Both the position numbers and the translations under genes were made by a program. A stretch of 64,000 nucleotides of DNA from positions 104,718,001-104,782,000 of the forward strand of contig OZ024744.1 of the NCBI GenBank assembly GCA_964016885.1, given 5' to 3'. Position 1 is the first letter of the stretch; the number at the start of each line of letters is the position of its first letter. This DNA is from Eledone cirrhosa. Taxonomy: Eukaryota. Under the pieces are notes generated by a model that was given only the letters and a program-made list of their open reading frames with translations, was not told the origin of the DNA and did not search any database. Below are positions 60,903 to 64,000 of this stretch, piece after piece.

Positions 60903-61117
60903 TATCATCATTTCATCATCATTTCATTTTACGTCCACTTTTCCCTGCTTGCAAGGGTGGGACGGTAACTGATTCTGGCTTGATTTCTACAGCTGGATGC
61001 CCTTCCTAACACCAACCTCATTTACAGTGAGTGCTGGGTGCTTTTTTGCCGTGGCACCTCCACGACCACTTTGCAGTGGAATGATAGGGACTGCAGTCCC
61101 TATCATCTCATTTCTAC
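60903..61117 (-). mobile_element. 5'-truncated OR-like SINE
   Basis: Nearly the exact inverse of 1-178; contains a 26-bp perfect palindrome at 61081-61106. Confidence 0.85.
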
Positions 61118-62529
61118 ATATACCTTTCACATATTGCCATTAAGATTCATGCTCTGTTTTATGATTTTGGTGATTACTATGTTGATCTTTTATTCCATAT
61201 GCCATTCTAGCCATTGGACTAACATTTTAAATTTGGAAATATATTGGCAATCCTTTGACAGTATCATGACGATGTCATCTTTAGTTAACAAAGTTAACTA
61301 GTTATGAAGTGGTATAACCACAAGAACTATAATCAATGGAATGGAGCTGAACATCAACATCACTCTTGCACAGAATTTGATCTGCTCTCGCATATTACCT
61401 GCATCCATCAAGCTGCAGAGTGGGAAACCATTTAGAACTTCTATGGCAGTTTTTGCATTAAAAATGTCATATGGTTTCACTGAAAGCAATCTATCTGCTG
61501 GAGTTGTTAAAGCATTGGATATGGGTTCCAGGTTTCTAGTATTCTGAGTTTAAATCCTGCCACGGTCCACTTTGCCTTTCATTCCTTTGAGGTCAATAAC
61601 GAAAGTACATCTCTCTCTCTCAGCTGTTATATACTGCTGGATCAAGGGTATAGTACAGATTACCAAGTCATACTCAATTGTGAGTGACAATTGTAGTTTT
61701 TACATGCTGACATGGTTTAGATGGCATTATCAGTCCCTTGTCACCAACAATAAAGAGAGTATATGACTTTTATCATGTCACAGCTAAACTTTTCCCTGTA
61801 CCCTACCTGTATCAGTTTCCATTTGGAGTTGTTGCTCTTCCAGAGAGGTTACTTTTACTACAGCTTACACAGTTTTTCTACATTCCTTCTTTGTTTTTAG
61901 GTATAGTTTTTTTTTATTACTGGGTGCTGTTGCTATCATAAACCCCTTTGTAGAATCCTCTGGGAGCAATTTATCATGCTACTGACACTAGAAATGGATG
62001 TCATACGTATTGATTCCATCTACTCTGTATCATTTCCATGTCTCTTTTCAATCAATGAGGGCAAAACATTTGCAGACACACATTTTAAATAAACCTTTTA
62101 TAGTATTTATTTGTAATGAATCTGGAAACACTCTCCCCTAAATTTAGATTTTTGAAAAACAATTTGGACATTTTCATCAGCAGTACAGTTCCAACATTTT
62201 ATTGCCATTTTCCATTTAATCATTTTGTAATTGTATTTCTAGATAAATATAGTCTATTTTAATTAACTAATGAAACATTTTGAGGGATTTATTAAACTTA
62301 TTATTAGGAGGTATCTCTGTTCAAGTGTAAGGTAAGAAAATGGGACTGGAAGTGAAAAGAAGGACAGAAATGACAGCACATGTGGTGATAGTTGTTAAGA
62401 CAAGTTGACTGTAAACAGATGAGTGAAGAAGCAGGAGAGGTAGGTACATAAAGGGAGATAAGTTAGTGCGGAGGGGGGGGGGTCATGTAAAGGCCAAGGG
62501 GAGTAAGCAAAGGTCATTATTGTACAGAT

Positions 62530-62722
62530 GGCGGTGGATTGGCAGTATCGGTAGAGAGTCGGACGCCATGCTTTGACACATAGAGTTACGGCCCTTCCCA
62601 TTCTGAGTTCAAATCCTGCCGAGGTTAACTTTGCTTTTCATCCTTACGGGGGTCGATAAAATAAAGTACCAGTAATGCACTGGGTAATTGCTGGCCTTGT
62701 GCCAAAAAGTAGAAACAATTAT
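62530..62722 (+). mobile_element. OK-like SINE
   Basis: Full copy. Confidence 0.88.
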
Positions 62723-63299
62723 TGTACAGCCAGATCCATACAAGTACAGCTAAGTGTGTGTAACTTCACAGTGCTTATGATTAGTGGAGATGGTGATGGG
62801 TGAGAGGACTGGTTTAACCTGTGGTGAAATCAGGCTCCATTTTGGAAGTGGATGAAGTTAGTAAAAAGTACAACTAAAAGAATCTGAAATGTGGAAGGTT
62901 TGGCTATTGGATTCAGTGATTACTGAGGATGTTGGTGATGAACAAATAAAAGTTACATGTGACATAAAGCAGAACTTCTACTTGTGCCACTTCCATAAGT
63001 TACATAAAGCTAAAGACAGGCCAAGCTGCGCTTCCTCTTCTTCACACATTGGTTCCTATTCAAAGAATGTACTTCATGTCGTGTGTGTATTCTTGAATCA
63101 TCTCACATGAAGCAATTCACAATAGCAGGATATTATAACTTTAAAAAACCCTCTCTTTGTCTTGTTCTTTCTTTCCCAATCAGGGTAATTCTTAGTAAAC
63201 TGGGCCATGTTTTCCTTAATCTGGGTGGTGTAGTTTCTGAAGAATTCACATGTAAGAGTTATTTCTATTATCACTGGTTCTTCAGTAGAGTCTTTAAAC

Positions 63300-64000
63300 T
63301 CATTTTGGATATATTACTACTCTTAATTCCTGCAGCTTTTCAACAGACAAAGTTTTGCTATAAGACTCTTAACTTTTCTAAATTTTCCTCATTGATATTC
63401 TATATTCTCCCTCCATTTGCAGCTCAAGAATGCTATCAATAATTACTAGTACTATTTCTTCTTCAATAATTTCTAGGAAGTCATTGCATATTTCTAAACA
63501 AACTCTTCACATGCAGATCTCTGTTATTTTACTCCTGTCTCTTTTGATATTATCTATGGCCTTCGTGATATGGTTGTTTGAATGAGTGACAAAAGTAGCA
63601 GGTCTTGATGTTAGATATTACACTCTGATCCAGGGTTTCAGTAAGGAATTAGTATTTGGTGCTAGATAAGTTACCTTTACAGAGAGGTATGTCTGAAGAG
63701 TGTTCATATTATTGGTATGGTCTGGAGTATTGTGAAATTTTGATTGTCACCCAAGCCTTCATGTTTAAGTCTCCAAAAGATACATTTATCATATTTCTCT
63801 CTTTGTTCATGTTGTTATTGATTGTTAATTGAACTCTGGCTTCAGTTTGAATTCCCCTGTAGCATCATCACTAGGAGATGGAAGTGTAGATTATATTCCT
63901 TTCCAGAAATGACCTAAATACAAGTTGGTGAGGATAGTTGCCATGCTTAATGATATTATTAAAAAGTTTGAGGTAATTTCTTGATTATTTCAGTGTCAGT
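63300..64000 (-). mobile_element. Highly decayed pogo/Tigger (DDE_1) transposase relic
   Basis: Manual minus-strand translation gives DATGEFKLKP (about 63838-63867), NMKAWVT (about 63745-63765) and YLAPNTNSLLKP/LDQSVISNIK (about 63605-63670) in canonical order; boundaries uncertain. Confidence 0.7.

Noticed and set aside
58095-62260. Candidate acceptors for DFFB-like exon 2 (about 58107, 59155, 62242)
   Set aside because: Phase-0 reading hits stops within a few codons and no EDGT CIDE-N motif follows.

Overview
Eukaryotic, extremely repeat-rich DNA. The SINE and LINE repertoire points to an octopod cephalopod; this is an inference from recalled octopus OK- and OR-type SINEs. Only two host coding exons were found, both missed by the ORF track: a NECAP first exon on the minus strand (16704-16792) and a CIDE-N, DFFB/CAD-like first exon on the plus strand (55834-55935). 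They point away from each other across about 39 kb of decayed mobile DNA. That DNA includes non-LTR retrotransposons of at least seven clades (CR1, several RTE families, R4/Dong, R2, CRE, Tx1/L1, Vingi), LTR relics, Tc1/mariner, pogo/Tigger, Helitron and tRNA-derived SINEs, plus microsatellites and five minisatellite arrays (units 48, 48, 76-84, 79 and 37 bp). No transposable-element ORF is intact. The most notable observations are: a 48-bp module of an RTE 3'UTR/SINE body that expands independently into stop-free arrays; a same-strand pile-up of restriction-like-endonuclease LINEs in (CATA)n; an R2-A-like element outside rDNA; a 306-bp palindrome; and a templated inverted copy of a SINE plus its unique flank inside the DFFB-like intron. 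All family assignments come from motifs read by eye, with no database search, and most TE boundaries are approximate.
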